Origin: an uncultured Gammaproteobacteria bacterium
Lineage (GTDB): Bacteria; Patescibacteriota; Microgenomatia; UBA12405
Length of the DNA stretch: 64,000 nt
NCBI GenBank assembly: GCA_964463925.1
Contig: CAYXDV010000001.1
Coordinates: 12,276-76,275 of the forward strand
Direction: 5' to 3'
In this document: positions 26,129 to 35,670 of the stretch, one piece after another
How the letters are laid out: every line of letters begins with the position of its first letter
Position numbering within the stretch: the first letter of the stretch is position 1
Made by a program: the position numbers and the translations under genes
Notes under the pieces: generated by a model
Seen by the model: only the letters and a program-made list of their open reading frames with translations
Told to the model about the DNA's origin: nothing
The model's database searches: none

Positions 26129-26992
26129 TTAATTGTCGATTAGGTGGTTGTCGTAAATGGTTTTTGCAAGGATGTTGCCGATTAATTCTTTTCCTTGGGA
26201 ACTTGGATGAATATTATCAACAGTATCGATGTACAAGGGATCACCAATGTCGCCAACCAGGCTAGCTTGATATGCATTTGCTATGGGTAGATTCTCTGTT
26301 TGGGCATAAGTAATGGTTCTTTGTAAATATTTTGAAATGGTTTGAGTTTTTTCAAGTCTAGTTGGAGCATCAAAATTGAAAACACCTTTGGCAAAAAGAT
26401 TTGGATTTGGGGCAATAGTTGCCAAAATGACTATTTTGGAAGCCGGTAATTTGGCGTGTATTGTGGCAATAATTTGACTCAACGCTTGTTGGTGTTGATT
26501 AAAACCAGATGCGGTATTACCAAAATTGTTATAAGCAAAGGATTCCACGACTACTATATCGGGTTTTTTGACTATCAAGTTGTTAAGACGATTTAGACCG
26601 CCTTCAATAGTGTCACTGCCTTTGCCAAAATTAAGACTCCGAAAAAGGTGGTTGTGAGGATAATAACGATACAAGCTTTGAGTCAGATTAAAAAAAGTTT
26701 GACCTAAGGTGTCGACCATAGAGTCTCCCAAAAGGGCAATAGTAGTGGTTTTGGCTGGAAGCGAGGTGTCAGGTTCGCTTATAGCGATTCCTAAAATTTG
26801 CGGTTCGGGTTGTAGCGTTGTTCCAATATCATTTGATTTGGTGCTAGTAACTATAATGGGATCTGGAGATACAAATTCCTGATATGTTTGAGAATGATAT
26901 GTATTGTTTAACTGAAAAAGTAGGGGTAGGTTGGCCGCATGGATAATATTCTTTGAAAATAGAGACCAAAAGACAATTAGCAGGATACCCAT
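26129..26992 (-). CDS. secreted SGNH/GDSL hydrolase
   Basis: Signal peptide; GDS block (IALLGDSMVD) and DxxH block (DNIHPSSQG). Confidence 0.7.
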   Translation of the reverse strand: MGILLIVFWSLFSKNIIHAANLPLLFQLNNTYHSQTYQEFVSPDPIIVTSTKSNDIGTTLQPEPQILGIAISEPDTSLPAKTTTIALLGDSMVDTLGQTFFNLTQSLYRYYPHNHLFRSLNFGKGSDTIEGGLNRLNNLIVKKPDIVVVESFAYNNFGNTASGFNQHQQALSQIIATIHAKLPASKIVILATIAPNPNLFAKGVFNFDAPTRLEKTQTISKYLQRTITYAQTENLPIANAYQASLVGDIGDPLYIDTVDNIHPSSQGKELIGNILAKTIYDNHLIDN

Positions 26993-27013
26993 AACAAACA
27001 GTTTAGGCTAATT

Positions 27014-27313
27014 TTAGTGTTCTTTAAAGCGGCTGATTTGTTTTTCGAGTTGATTTAAAACCTTTTTTAGGGCGACAACTAAGTCTGGTGAGTCGGCCTG
27101 ACCGGAAATTTGGCCACCTGGTCCCGGTAAGTCTAAATTAGAAACGACAGTATGAGTACCATCTTTGTCTTTGGAGATGTGTAAATTTATGACCAGGTCA
27201 GTATGATTAAAGCTGCCTAAATGTTTTTGGAGTTGTGGCTCAAATTTAGTAGCAACTAATTCTTTTAAATGCGGTCCGATTTCAAAGTTAGTAGCAGCAA
27301 GCTGGATGTGCAT
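27014..27313 (-). CDS. hpf: ribosome hibernation promoting factor (RaiA/HPF short form)
   Basis: MHIQLAATNFEIGPHLKELVATKFEPQLQKHL...LPGPG... shows HPF-like topology; 99 aa. Confidence 0.85.
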   Translation of the reverse strand: MHIQLAATNFEIGPHLKELVATKFEPQLQKHLGSFNHTDLVINLHISKDKDGTHTVVSNLDLPGPGGQISGQADSPDLVVALKKVLNQLEKQISRFKEH

Positions 27314-27366
27314 AGAATGTAAATAGCTAACTTACTAATTATACGAAGAAAAGAGAAAAAATATTG

Positions 27367-27816
27367 CTATTTCAAATATTCCTCGATAATTATTTTCTTT
27401 TGGTTCATTAGAACATTTTGAGCGTTTGGTTTGCTCATCAATTCACCCAGATTCTGGGGAATTACTTGCCAACGTAGTCCATACTTATCATTACACCAAC
27501 CACACTGCACTTCTTTGCCTTCCTGGATAAAATAATTCCAATATTTATCAATTTCTGTCTGGTTTTCACATTCGATGGTTAGAGCAAATGAATCGTTGAA
27601 ATGATCATGATCACCCTCAGTACTCATTAATGTATATCTTTGGCCAAGTATTTTTACTTCACAAATTTCTGTTCTTCCGCTGGGAGTTTGGCCTAGATTC
27701 ATAATATTTCCTGCTTCAAACAAATCTTGAAAAACTTTTTTGTAATATTCTAAAATTTTGGATAGGTCGCCGTTTGTAGCGCTAAACCAGAGACTGGGGA
27801 TTAGGGGGTTTTGCAT
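27367..27816 (-). CDS. VOC/glyoxalase-fold protein (PhnB-like)
   Basis: PhnB/3-demethylubiquinone-9 methyltransferase-like signature ...CGWCNDKYGLRWQVIP. Confidence 0.55.
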   Translation of the reverse strand: MQNPLIPSLWFSATNGDLSKILEYYKKVFQDLFEAGNIMNLGQTPSGRTEICEVKILGQRYTLMSTEGDHDHFNDSFALTIECENQTEIDKYWNYFIQEGKEVQCGWCNDKYGLRWQVIPQNLGELMSKPNAQNVLMNQKKIIIEEYLK

Positions 27817-27867
27817 AGATTAAAAATATTAAATATTAACCAAAGCCAACAATTTTATTTTAGCAGG

Positions 27868-27952
27868 CGGAAGGTGCAGGATTCGAACCTGCGAAGGGAT
27901 TTCTCCCACTAGTTTTCAAGACTAGCGCCGTAAACCACTGGGCCAACCTTCC
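27868..27952 (-). tRNA. tRNA-Ser (anticodon TGA)
   Basis: GGAAGGT...CTAGT-CTTGAAA-ACTAG with a long variable arm (TGGGAGAAATCCC) and TpsiC GCAGGTTCGAATCCTGC; 85 nt. Confidence 0.85.
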
Positions 27953-28231
27953 GATTGGTTCAATTATACCTTGTTTGATTGGATATAATCGCAGAGATAT
28001 GAGGCTTACTGTTGATAATGAACTATTTTGGCTAGTGCAAGCAGCAGGTAAGGGGATGGAAGCTGGTAGCAAATGGGATAATATGCAAGCTTGGCAAAAA
28101 GATGCATTTTTAAAAGGTAGTATTGGTTTTTTGTGTGGAGACTTGAATATTGAAGAAGCTAAAGTTAGAAGGGTGTTGGGAAGTAGTATAGGGATAGGTA
28201 GAAGGCTTTGGGTTTGTTATAATCGCAAAGT

Positions 28232-28304
28232 GCCCAGATAGCTCAGTTGGTAGAGCATTCCCATGGTAAGGGAAAGGTCGCGAGTTCAAATCTCGCTCTG
28301 GGCT
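28232..28304 (+). tRNA. tRNA-Thr (anticodon GGT)
   Basis: GCCCAGATAGCTCAGTTGGTAGAGCA-TTCCC-ATGGTAA-GGGAA-AGGTC-GCGAGTTCAAATCTCGC-TCTGGGC-T. Confidence 0.9.
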
Positions 28305-28362
28305 CAAAAGTTTTAGAAAATAGACAGATTTGCTGTATGAAGTAGTTGTTATAATTAATACT

Positions 28363-29091
28363 ATGCTAGAGATAAAAAATTTAACTGTAAAAGTTGGCGA
28401 CAAACTGGTTTTAAATGGAATAAGTTTTGCGATTGAAGATGGACAGACTGTGGCTTTTATGGGCCCAAATGGAAGTGGAAAATCTAGTTTGGCTTTGACT
28501 TTGGCTGGGCATCCGGCATACGAGATTAGTGATGGAAAAATCAGCTGGTTGGGTGAAAATATAAATGGTTTAAGTGTAGATCAGAGGGCAAAAGAGGGGA
28601 TTATGTTGTCGATGCAATATCCGGTGGCTATATCTGGCTTGTCAGCTCACACATTTTTGTGGCGAATTTATAAGCTCAGGACCAACTTAAGCAAACAAAA
28701 AGCCATGAGTTTGGGTGACTTTAGAATATGGCTGTCACAACAAGCTGATTTGTTGAAATTGAATCATGAGTTGTTAAGACGAAATTTGAATGAAGGTTTT
28801 TCTGGTGGTGAAAAGAAAAAAATGGAGGTATTGCAAATATTATGTGCCAGACCCAAGCTTTTGATTTTAGACGAAATTGATTCAGGACTTGACGTAGATG
28901 CTTTAAAAATTATTGGCAAAACATTAGCCAAATACAAGCAAGAGAGTGGGGCTTCTTTATTGTTAATTACACATTATTCTCGGGTACTGAAATATATAAA
29001 GCCAGATGTAATTAAAGTCTTAGTTGAAGGTAAAATTGTAAAAAGCGGAGGTGAGGAAATTGCTGGAGAAATTGAGGAAAAAGGGTACTAA
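28363..29091 (+). CDS. sufC: Fe-S cluster assembly ATPase SufC
   Basis: [43 protein letters not shown]...LSGGEKKK...[12 protein letters not shown]. The start is placed at the internal Met downstream of the tRNA. Confidence 0.9.
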   Translation: MLEIKNLTVKVGDKLVLNGISFAIEDGQTVAFMGPNGSGKSSLALTLAGHPAYEISDGKISWLGENINGLSVDQRAKEGIMLSMQYPVAISGLSAHTFLWRIYKLRTNLSKQKAMSLGDFRIWLSQQADLLKLNHELLRRNLNEGFSGGEKKKMEVLQILCARPKLLILDEIDSGLDVDALKIIGKTLAKYKQESGASLLLITHYSRVLKYIKPDVIKVLVEGKIVKSGGEEIAGEIEEKGY

Positions 29092-29096
29092 AAATT

Positions 29097-30524
29097 ATGA
29101 CCAGATTTGCAAAAATAAAAATTAAAAAAAATAAAAAGGAAAATTTTTCTTCTGATTATTCTGCTGGTTTTGCAATGCCAGAGCGAGCTATTTTTAAAAC
29201 TAAAAAAGGCTTAAATGAGGAAGTGGTGCGACAGATTTCTGCGATTAAAAAGGAGCCTGAATGGATGTTGGAAAAACGTCTTAAAGCTTTGCAGATTTTT
29301 GAAAAAATGCCCTTGCCAGTTTGGGGTGGGGATTTAGAAAAAATTGATTTTAAAAATATATATTATTATTTGAAACCGCAGGAAAAAATAGAAAAAAATT
29401 GGGAAGAAGTGGAGCCAGAGATTAGACAAACTTACAAACGATTGGGAATACCAGAGGCAGAAAAAAAATATTTAGCGGGCGTAAAAGCGCAATATGACAG
29501 CGAAGTAATTTATGGTTCCTTAAAAACTGAGATTGCTCAAAAAGGCGTAATCTTTATGGGGATGGATGAAGCACTTGCTAAATATCCAGAAATAGTTTTT
29601 AAATATTTTGGGAAACTAGTACCTTCATCAGATAATAAATTTGCTGCACTAAATACTAGCGTGTGGAGTGGTGGGAGCTTTGTTTATGTACCGGCTGGGG
29701 TAAAGTTAGTTCAACCTTTGCAGGCTTACTTTAGAATAAATGCAGCAAAAATTGGTCAATTTGAGAGGACTTTAATCATTCTAGAAGAAGGAGCAGAAGT
29801 TTCTTACGTAGAGGGGTGCACGGCGCCTATTTATTCTGATGACTCTTTGCATTCGGCAGTAGTAGAGATTTTTGTGGGGGACAGGGCTAGATGTCGCTAT
29901 ACAACCATTCAGAATTGGTCAAAAAATGTTTTTAATTTGGTTACTAAAAGGTCATTAGTAGAAAAAGGGGGAATAATGGAGTGGATTGATGGGAATTTGG
30001 GAAGTCAGTTAACAATGAAATATCCAAGTGTTTATTTAAAAGGAGAAGGGGCACACGGGGAAATATTATCTATTGCGGTGGCAGGTCCTGGACAACATCA
30101 AGATGCGGGAGGTAAATGTATTCATTTGGCTGCCAGAACTACTTCTAGAATTATCTCCAAATCAATTAGTTTAGATGGAGGCAGGGCTAGCTATCGGGGA
30201 TTAATCCAAATTAACAAAGGGGCTAGGGGCTCTAAATCAAAGGTGGTTTGTGATGCACTGATTTTGGATAAAAACAGTCGAAGTGATACTTACCCTGTGA
30301 ATAAAATAATGGAAGACCAAGTGACTTTTGAACACGAAGCTACAGTTTCAAAAATTGCAGAAGAGCAACTTTTTTATTTGATGAGCCGAGGTTTTGAAGA
30401 ACACGAGGCAGAAGCCATGATAGTAAATGGATTTGTTGAACCAGTAGTTAAGGAATTGCCTATGGAATATGCCCTTGAGTTAAATCGATTGATTGATCTA
30501 CAAATGGAGGGGAGTGTAGGTTAA
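29097..30524 (+). CDS. sufB: Fe-S cluster assembly protein SufB
   Basis: 475 aa with the SufB/SufD beta-helix family C-terminus; directly follows sufC. Confidence 0.9.
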   Translation: MTRFAKIKIKKNKKENFSSDYSAGFAMPERAIFKTKKGLNEEVVRQISAIKKEPEWMLEKRLKALQIFEKMPLPVWGGDLEKIDFKNIYYYLKPQEKIEKNWEEVEPEIRQTYKRLGIPEAEKKYLAGVKAQYDSEVIYGSLKTEIAQKGVIFMGMDEALAKYPEIVFKYFGKLVPSSDNKFAALNTSVWSGGSFVYVPAGVKLVQPLQAYFRINAAKIGQFERTLIILEEGAEVSYVEGCTAPIYSDDSLHSAVVEIFVGDRARCRYTTIQNWSKNVFNLVTKRSLVEKGGIMEWIDGNLGSQLTMKYPSVYLKGEGAHGEILSIAVAGPGQHQDAGGKCIHLAARTTSRIISKSISLDGGRASYRGLIQINKGARGSKSKVVCDALILDKNSRSDTYPVNKIMEDQVTFEHEATVSKIAEEQLFYLMSRGFEEHEAEAMIVNGFVEPVVKELPMEYALELNRLIDLQMEGSVG

Positions 30525-30532
30525 AATTAAAG

Positions 30533-31024
30533 ATGAAAAAACTTTGTGTGTTGATATTGATTTGTAATCTGGTTTTGGTTTTTTTTGTAAAATTTGTTGT
30601 TGTTAAACGATTTGAACCAAAGGTATGCACTGCTGAGGCGAAGCTATGTCCCAATGGCAGTTATGTTGGCAGAGTTTCGGAATTAAATTGTAAATTTGCT
30701 GTTTGTAATAACCAATTACCTGCTTTGAATGCCAAAGCCGTTACACAAATTACCTTGCCTGGTCAATTGTGGACAAATAGTGACCCAGAGACAGATAAAA
30801 TGTTTAGATATTGGTTGGTTTTCACAGAACCTTTAAAAGATACTACTTCGGCTATTGGCGAGGATAATGCAATGGCCTGGTTACAAAGAATACCCCTAGT
30901 TACTGAACAGAATTGGGATTCATATCTAAATAAAAAAGTTATGGTTTCTGGAAATTTAGAATGGGGTATAGCTGAGAGCAAGATAATTAGAGCTACTAGT
31001 GTATTTTCCTATGAAAATCCTTAA
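30533..31024 (+). CDS. hypothetical secreted/membrane-anchored protein inserted in the suf cluster
   Basis: N-terminal hydrophobic segment, then four conserved Cys in the first 60 residues; no recognised family. Confidence 0.5.
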   Translation: MKKLCVLILICNLVLVFFVKFVVVKRFEPKVCTAEAKLCPNGSYVGRVSELNCKFAVCNNQLPALNAKAVTQITLPGQLWTNSDPETDKMFRYWLVFTEPLKDTTSAIGEDNAMAWLQRIPLVTEQNWDSYLNKKVMVSGNLEWGIAESKIIRATSVFSYENP

Positions 31025-31460
31025 CCAAGCTGGAAAAACTGTTTTGATTTTTGATAAAAATGGACAGGAAGAAGAATTAATGGGTCGGTTTTTAGTTAAA
31101 TCTGGCCAAATAGTAGAAGTACAAACAGATTTAATCTTTAAGGCCAAAAAATGCAATGGCAAAGTCTGGGTAAAAGGGGTGGTGGAAAAAGGTGGCAGAT
31201 TGGAATTTAGAGGAAAGATCAAGATTGAAAAGGGAGCTGAACTAAGTGATGGTTATTTGAAACAGGAGATTTTGTTAGTAGAGCCTGGAGGAGTTGGGAT
31301 TGCAGTTCCAGAGTTAGAGATTGAAGCAAATGAGGTTAGAGCATCACACGCTGCTTCTGTCTCTTGTATAAACGAAGAACAAAAATTTTATTTGCAAAGC
31401 AGAGGTTGGAGTGAAAAAAAAGCCAAAAATGAATTAATAGAGGCGTTTTTAGCGAATTAG
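30999..31460 (+). CDS. sufD: minimal SufD-like protein (C-terminal SufBD domain only)
   Basis: ...NEVRASHAASVSCINEEQKFYLQSRGWSEKKAKNELIEAFL matches the SufB/D C-terminal signature. It is only 153 aa, where SufD is usually about 430. Confidence 0.6.
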   Translation: MYFPMKILNQAGKTVLIFDKNGQEEELMGRFLVKSGQIVEVQTDLIFKAKKCNGKVWVKGVVEKGGRLEFRGKIKIEKGAELSDGYLKQEILLVEPGGVGIAVPELEIEANEVRASHAASVSCINEEQKFYLQSRGWSEKKAKNELIEAFLAN

Positions 31461-31506
31461 CTTATGTGGTGTTTTGAAAATATATGATTAGAGCTAAAAT
31501 TGAAAT

Positions 31507-32715
31507 ATGGATATAAATGAGGTGAAAAAATTTTTTCCAATCTTTACTAATAATCCTGGTTTGGTATATCTGGATAGTGCAGCTACTGGCCTAAAACCTG
31601 CCAGTGTAATTGCTAGGGAGGTAGAATATTTGGAAAAATATAGCGCTAATATTCATCGGGGTAATTATGAAATTTCACTAAAAGCTTCAGAGGAATATGA
31701 ACAAGTAAGACAAAAAGTGGCTAGTTTTTTGGGAGCAAACGACACCAAAGAAGTGGTATTTGTTGCTGGGACTACGATGGCAATAAATACCGTTGCTTAT
31801 AGTTTAAAACAAAAAGTAAATCCAAATGATGAAATTGTGGTTAGTGTTTTGGAACATCATTCTAACTTTTTGCCATGGCAAAGACTGGCTAAGCAGGTTG
31901 GAGCAAAGTTTATAATTTGGGGTTTGGAAAAAGATGGCAGTTTGGATACAAAAAAAATAGATTGGAAAAAAGTAAAAATTTTGGCTCTGACCCAGGTTTC
32001 TAATGTCACTGGGCAAGTAGTTCCCATAAGCGAAATAGTTAAGAATGTACGTAAAATTAACCCAAATATTATTGTGGTTGTGGATGGGGCCCAGGCAGTG
32101 GCTCACATGTCTGTTGATGTGAAAAAAATGGACTGTGATTATTATGTTTTTTCTGGACATAAAATTTATGGACCGACTGGAGTTGGAGTATTGTGGGGCA
32201 AGTTGAGATTGATGGAGGAGGGTGAGCCTTTTATGCTTGGCGGCGGGATGGTGGAAGAAGCCGGGGGGGAAGTAAGTAAATGGAGGTCTAGTCCAGATAA
32301 ATACGAGGCGGGAACACCTCCTGTTGGGCAAGTCCTAGCTTTGGGAGCAGCTATAGATTTTTTGCAAGAGTGGGGTTGGGATCAAATACAGCAAAAAGAG
32401 AAGGAAATTCTTTGTTATGGATTTGATAAATTAAAAAAGATTGAAGGTTTAACTATTTGGGGGAATTGGAGTATGGGCAATAGGGTTGGAGTTATACCGT
32501 TTAGTTTGAAGGGAGTACATCCACACGATGTGTCGGAAATACTTAGCAGGATGGGAGTGGCGGTTAGATCGGGTCATCATTGTGCCCAACCATTACACAG
32601 ATATTTGGGAATAAACGCCACAACTAGGGCAAGTTTTGGAATTTATACTCAAATTGAAGATATTGACAAATTAGCTGAGAGTATTTTAGAAGTAAAAAAA
32701 GTTTTTGGGCTATGA
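31507..32715 (+). CDS. sufS: cysteine desulfurase SufS
   Basis: Class V aminotransferase/SufS motifs (…FSGHKIYGPTGVGVLWG…, C-terminal RSGHHCAQP catalytic Cys loop). Confidence 0.9.
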   Translation: MDINEVKKFFPIFTNNPGLVYLDSAATGLKPASVIAREVEYLEKYSANIHRGNYEISLKASEEYEQVRQKVASFLGANDTKEVVFVAGTTMAINTVAYSLKQKVNPNDEIVVSVLEHHSNFLPWQRLAKQVGAKFIIWGLEKDGSLDTKKIDWKKVKILALTQVSNVTGQVVPISEIVKNVRKINPNIIVVVDGAQAVAHMSVDVKKMDCDYYVFSGHKIYGPTGVGVLWGKLRLMEEGEPFMLGGGMVEEAGGEVSKWRSSPDKYEAGTPPVGQVLALGAAIDFLQEWGWDQIQQKEKEILCYGFDKLKKIEGLTIWGNWSMGNRVGVIPFSLKGVHPHDVSEILSRMGVAVRSGHHCAQPLHRYLGINATTRASFGIYTQIEDIDKLAESILEVKKVFGL

Positions 32716-33575
32716 AACAAAGAAAAATTTCTGGAATGTCGCCAACAGCAGTTGGTATTTTAATAAAAGAAATGATGAAACGCGGGATGTGGGAAATAAC
32801 CAAGCAAATGGCAGAACATGAAGTGAAAATTAAAGAAAATAAATATAAAGAAGGTATAGATTTTTTGACCTCTGCGGATTTGGCGGCACAAAAGGCGATT
32901 ATCAAAGTAGTTGAAGAGTGTTTTTCGACAGCAGGGGTGATTGCTGAAGAAAGTGGCTTACGGAAAAAGCCTAAAGATAGAGAAAAGTTGTGGTTTACTA
33001 TTGATCCATTGGATGGGACTAAGGCTTTTGTTCGAGAACAATCTAACGGGATTGGCAGTATGTTGGCTTTGGTAAAAGACAAAGAAATTATATCGGCTTG
33101 TATTGGGGATGTAATGACTGGTGAGATTTACTATTTTCGTCCAGATAGTAATAGAGTACATAGATTGAGTGAATTTCGTCATCGATTATTAGAATATAAA
33201 AAACCAACAGAATTGAGATTGTTACTCAGAGATCATCCGTTGGTTTACTCCAAATTGGTAAATCAATGGTGTCAACCAAAAGGTGGAGTGTTTACATCGA
33301 TTGAAATTGCTAATGGTAGTATTGGTTTGTCATTTGCCAAGCTTTGGAAAAGGGAAGTCCAAGCTTTGGTGTTGCATGCGGGGGTAAATATGCCTTGGGA
33401 TTGGATACCAGTAGTTGGTTTGAGTCAAAAACTGGGATATCTTTTTTTTGTAGTGAAAGATCAGGAGTTAAAATTGGTTCCAGACTCTAAATTATGGGGA
33501 TTGGGAAATATACAATTTGATTCAGAGGTTTTAGTAATTCATAAGAAAGATCTAAAAGCTTTAAAACATGGATAG
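32712..33575 (+). CDS. inositol monophosphatase / CysQ-family phosphatase
   Basis: Motifs WFTIDPLDGT and ...AEESG...; it overlaps the sufS stop and the sufU start. Confidence 0.75.
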   Translation: MKQRKISGMSPTAVGILIKEMMKRGMWEITKQMAEHEVKIKENKYKEGIDFLTSADLAAQKAIIKVVEECFSTAGVIAEESGLRKKPKDREKLWFTIDPLDGTKAFVREQSNGIGSMLALVKDKEIISACIGDVMTGEIYYFRPDSNRVHRLSEFRHRLLEYKKPTELRLLLRDHPLVYSKLVNQWCQPKGGVFTSIEIANGSIGLSFAKLWKREVQALVLHAGVNMPWDWIPVVGLSQKLGYLFFVVKDQELKLVPDSKLWGLGNIQFDSEVLVIHKKDLKALKHG

Positions 33576-33951
33576 TTTATATCAAGAAAACATATTAGAT
33601 CACTATAAAAATCCGCGTAATTATGGTGAAAGGGAGAACTGGGTAGCCAAAGATGGGGAAACTATTTTTATTAGCGGACAAAATAATCCTAGCTGTGGAG
33701 ACTCTTTGGAAGTAGCGGTTTGGGTGGTGGACAATAAAATAACTAAATTTAGATTTGTTGGTCAGGGTTGTGCGATTTCTATGGCTTCGGCCTCTATGCT
33801 AGGCGAGAAGATAGTGGGGGTCAATTTGGAAGAAGCTAGGAAAATTGACTTTGAGGAAGTGGAAATTATGTTGGGAGTGCTTTTATCTTCCGAAAGGAAA
33901 AAATGTGCCTATTTAAGCCTGATGATACTAAAAAAAATTCTGTTTAGCTAA
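33568..33951 (+). CDS. sufU: SufU/NifU-like Fe-S scaffold or sulfur-transfer protein
   Basis: ILDHYKNPRNYG...NPSCGDSLEVAVWV...GQGCAISMASASM matches the SufU conserved Cys pattern. Confidence 0.85.
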   Translation: MDSLYQENILDHYKNPRNYGERENWVAKDGETIFISGQNNPSCGDSLEVAVWVVDNKITKFRFVGQGCAISMASASMLGEKIVGVNLEEARKIDFEEVEIMLGVLLSSERKKCAYLSLMILKKILFS

Positions 33952-33955
33952 TTTG

Positions 33956-34027
33956 AGCCCGGGGTGAGATTTGAACTCACGACCTACTGTTTACAAAACA
34001 GTTGCTCTACCACTGAGCTACTCGGGC
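33956..34027 (-). tRNA. tRNA-Thr (anticodon TGT)
   Basis: GCCCGAGTAGCTCAGTGGTAGAGCA-ACTGT-TTTGTAA-ACAGT-AGGTC-GTGAGTTCAAATCTCAC-CCCGGGC-T, with one A6:C67 mismatch in the acceptor stem. Confidence 0.8.
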
Positions 34028-34078
34028 GTATACTTTGGATTATAGCAACTTTGGCTAAGTAAACCAGATTAGATATAA

Positions 34079-35245
34079 TTGGATATGCGAATTTTAATAT
34101 TGACCGATCATATGCCTTGGGGTCACAGGTCAATTGCAAAGGCTTTGTATGGCCACCTAAGCAATGTTTCTGAAAAAAATGGATGGACAGTGGATTATGT
34201 TGAGGTGGAGGCCAAAACCGGCTTGAGTGGTGATTTGTATAGTTGGAGCTATCGAAACTTCCCGCTTGGAAACAAGGTAGCTGTAAAGCTTTTGACCATG
34301 AAAAACCTGCGAAAGATGGCAATTGAATATTGTGATAAAAATATTTCTGCTCTTAAAGAAGCTTTGGACAAATACGAACCAGATTTGGTAATCTGTTCTT
34401 ATTTTTTACATAGCCAGGCCATGGCTAAAATGAAGAAAATAGGTGGTTGGAAGTTTAAATTGTGGACGGTAGTGGCTGATCCGTGGTCGATAAATACACT
34501 ATCCTTTGTAGAAGGTGCTGACATGCATTTGGTTTATGATTCGGTAATGGTAGATGCTGGTAAAAAATATGGAATTTTGAAAAATAAAATGTTTGCTAGT
34601 GGTTGGTGGGTTAGAGAGGAGATGTATAAGAAAATTAGTAATACTGAGAAAAAAGAAGTCAGACGGAAAATTGGACTTAATGACTCGATACCTGCAATTT
34701 TTGTAGGGGGAGGAAGCTTGGGAAATGCGGCTATAAAAATGTTATTACCAATATTATTGACAATTAGGAAGCCTGTACAAATAGTTTTTAATACGGGTAA
34801 AGATGAGAAGTTGCATAAAATGATAGATAGATTCGAAAAAATAATTAAAAAAATGCCGTATATAAGAGATAATTTGAAAATAATTAATTTGGCTTGGATT
34901 GAGAACATGGCAGAGATTTTGTCTGTGTGTGATTTGATTTTGGGAAAAGCAGGCCCAAATTTTCTATTTGATGTAGTGGCTTGCAATAAACCATTTGTGG
35001 CAATTACCCACATTGGCGGTCAAGAAGATGGAAATATTGAAATAATAAAAAAGAAAAGGCTTGGTTTGATTGCTGAAGACCCGATTGCCATGGCAAGAGT
35101 GATTAGAAAGTTTCTGAATTCACCGGAAAAGTTTTTAGAGCAAATAGGTAGAGGAGTTGATAAAGAAGCGAAAAATAATTTGGAAACAATGAGTAGAATA
35201 GAGAAACTAATCAAAAGTGCTCTCTTAAAGCCTAAAACTGCGTGA
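34079..35245 (+). CDS. GT28-family glycosyltransferase (MGDG-synthase/UgtP-like)
   Basis: N-terminus ILILTDHMPWGHRSIAKAL plus a C-terminal GT-B domain (…FVGGGSLG…). This matches the monoglycosyldiacylglycerol synthase architecture. Confidence 0.55.
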   Translation: MDMRILILTDHMPWGHRSIAKALYGHLSNVSEKNGWTVDYVEVEAKTGLSGDLYSWSYRNFPLGNKVAVKLLTMKNLRKMAIEYCDKNISALKEALDKYEPDLVICSYFLHSQAMAKMKKIGGWKFKLWTVVADPWSINTLSFVEGADMHLVYDSVMVDAGKKYGILKNKMFASGWWVREEMYKKISNTEKKEVRRKIGLNDSIPAIFVGGGSLGNAAIKMLLPILLTIRKPVQIVFNTGKDEKLHKMIDRFEKIIKKMPYIRDNLKIINLAWIENMAEILSVCDLILGKAGPNFLFDVVACNKPFVAITHIGGQEDGNIEIIKKKRLGLIAEDPIAMARVIRKFLNSPEKFLEQIGRGVDKEAKNNLETMSRIEKLIKSALLKPKTA

Positions 35246-35410
35246 CTTTTCCTGCATAAAGCAAGAGCGGAAAACTGTTCAATTGACCAAGGCCAACCGA
35301 AACTCCGTAATCCAAGCCAAATAAGGTAGCTAGAAAAAACACCTACGCAGAATGTATTTTAAGAGAGCATATTTATTATAGCTCTTTTTGTGAATTGGGT
35401 ATAATTAAGA

Positions 35411-35668
35411 ATGAAATTAAAGATAAAAGTAAAAGGGAAGCAAACTGCTGCTGACTATGGAAAAACAAAGATTGGTAAAAATACCTTGATTGCCAATATT
35501 GTAGCTACTAGACCAGATTTAGCTGAAATATTGACTGAAGATTATGGTTTTCATTGCGTTGGTTGTTTTGCATCGAGCATGGAGACTATTGAGCAAGGGG
35601 CATTGGTGCATGGCATGAATGAAGTAGAAATAAAGGAAATGCTAGATAAACTTAATCAATTAATTTGA
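35411..35668 (+). CDS. DUF1858 / hybrid-cluster-protein-associated redox disulfide domain protein
   Basis: IANIVATRPDLAEILTEDYGFHCVGCFASSMETIEQGALVHGMNEVE matches the TIGR03980-like CxxC pattern. Confidence 0.6.
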   Translation: MKLKIKVKGKQTAADYGKTKIGKNTLIANIVATRPDLAEILTEDYGFHCVGCFASSMETIEQGALVHGMNEVEIKEMLDKLNQLI

Positions 35669-35670
35669 CT

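Noticed and set aside
27975-28403. ORFs 27975-28241 (+) and 28110-28403 (-) between tRNA genes
   Set aside because: Both overlap the tRNA-Thr(GGT) gene (28232-28304), and one overlaps the sufC start region. No coding features.
31804-32331. Minus-strand 175-aa ORF inside sufS
   Set aside because: Antisense of a confidently identified cysteine desulfurase.
33984-34322. Minus-strand 112-aa ORF
   Set aside because: It overlaps the tRNA-Thr(TGT) gene and the 5' end of the GT28 gene on the opposite strand.
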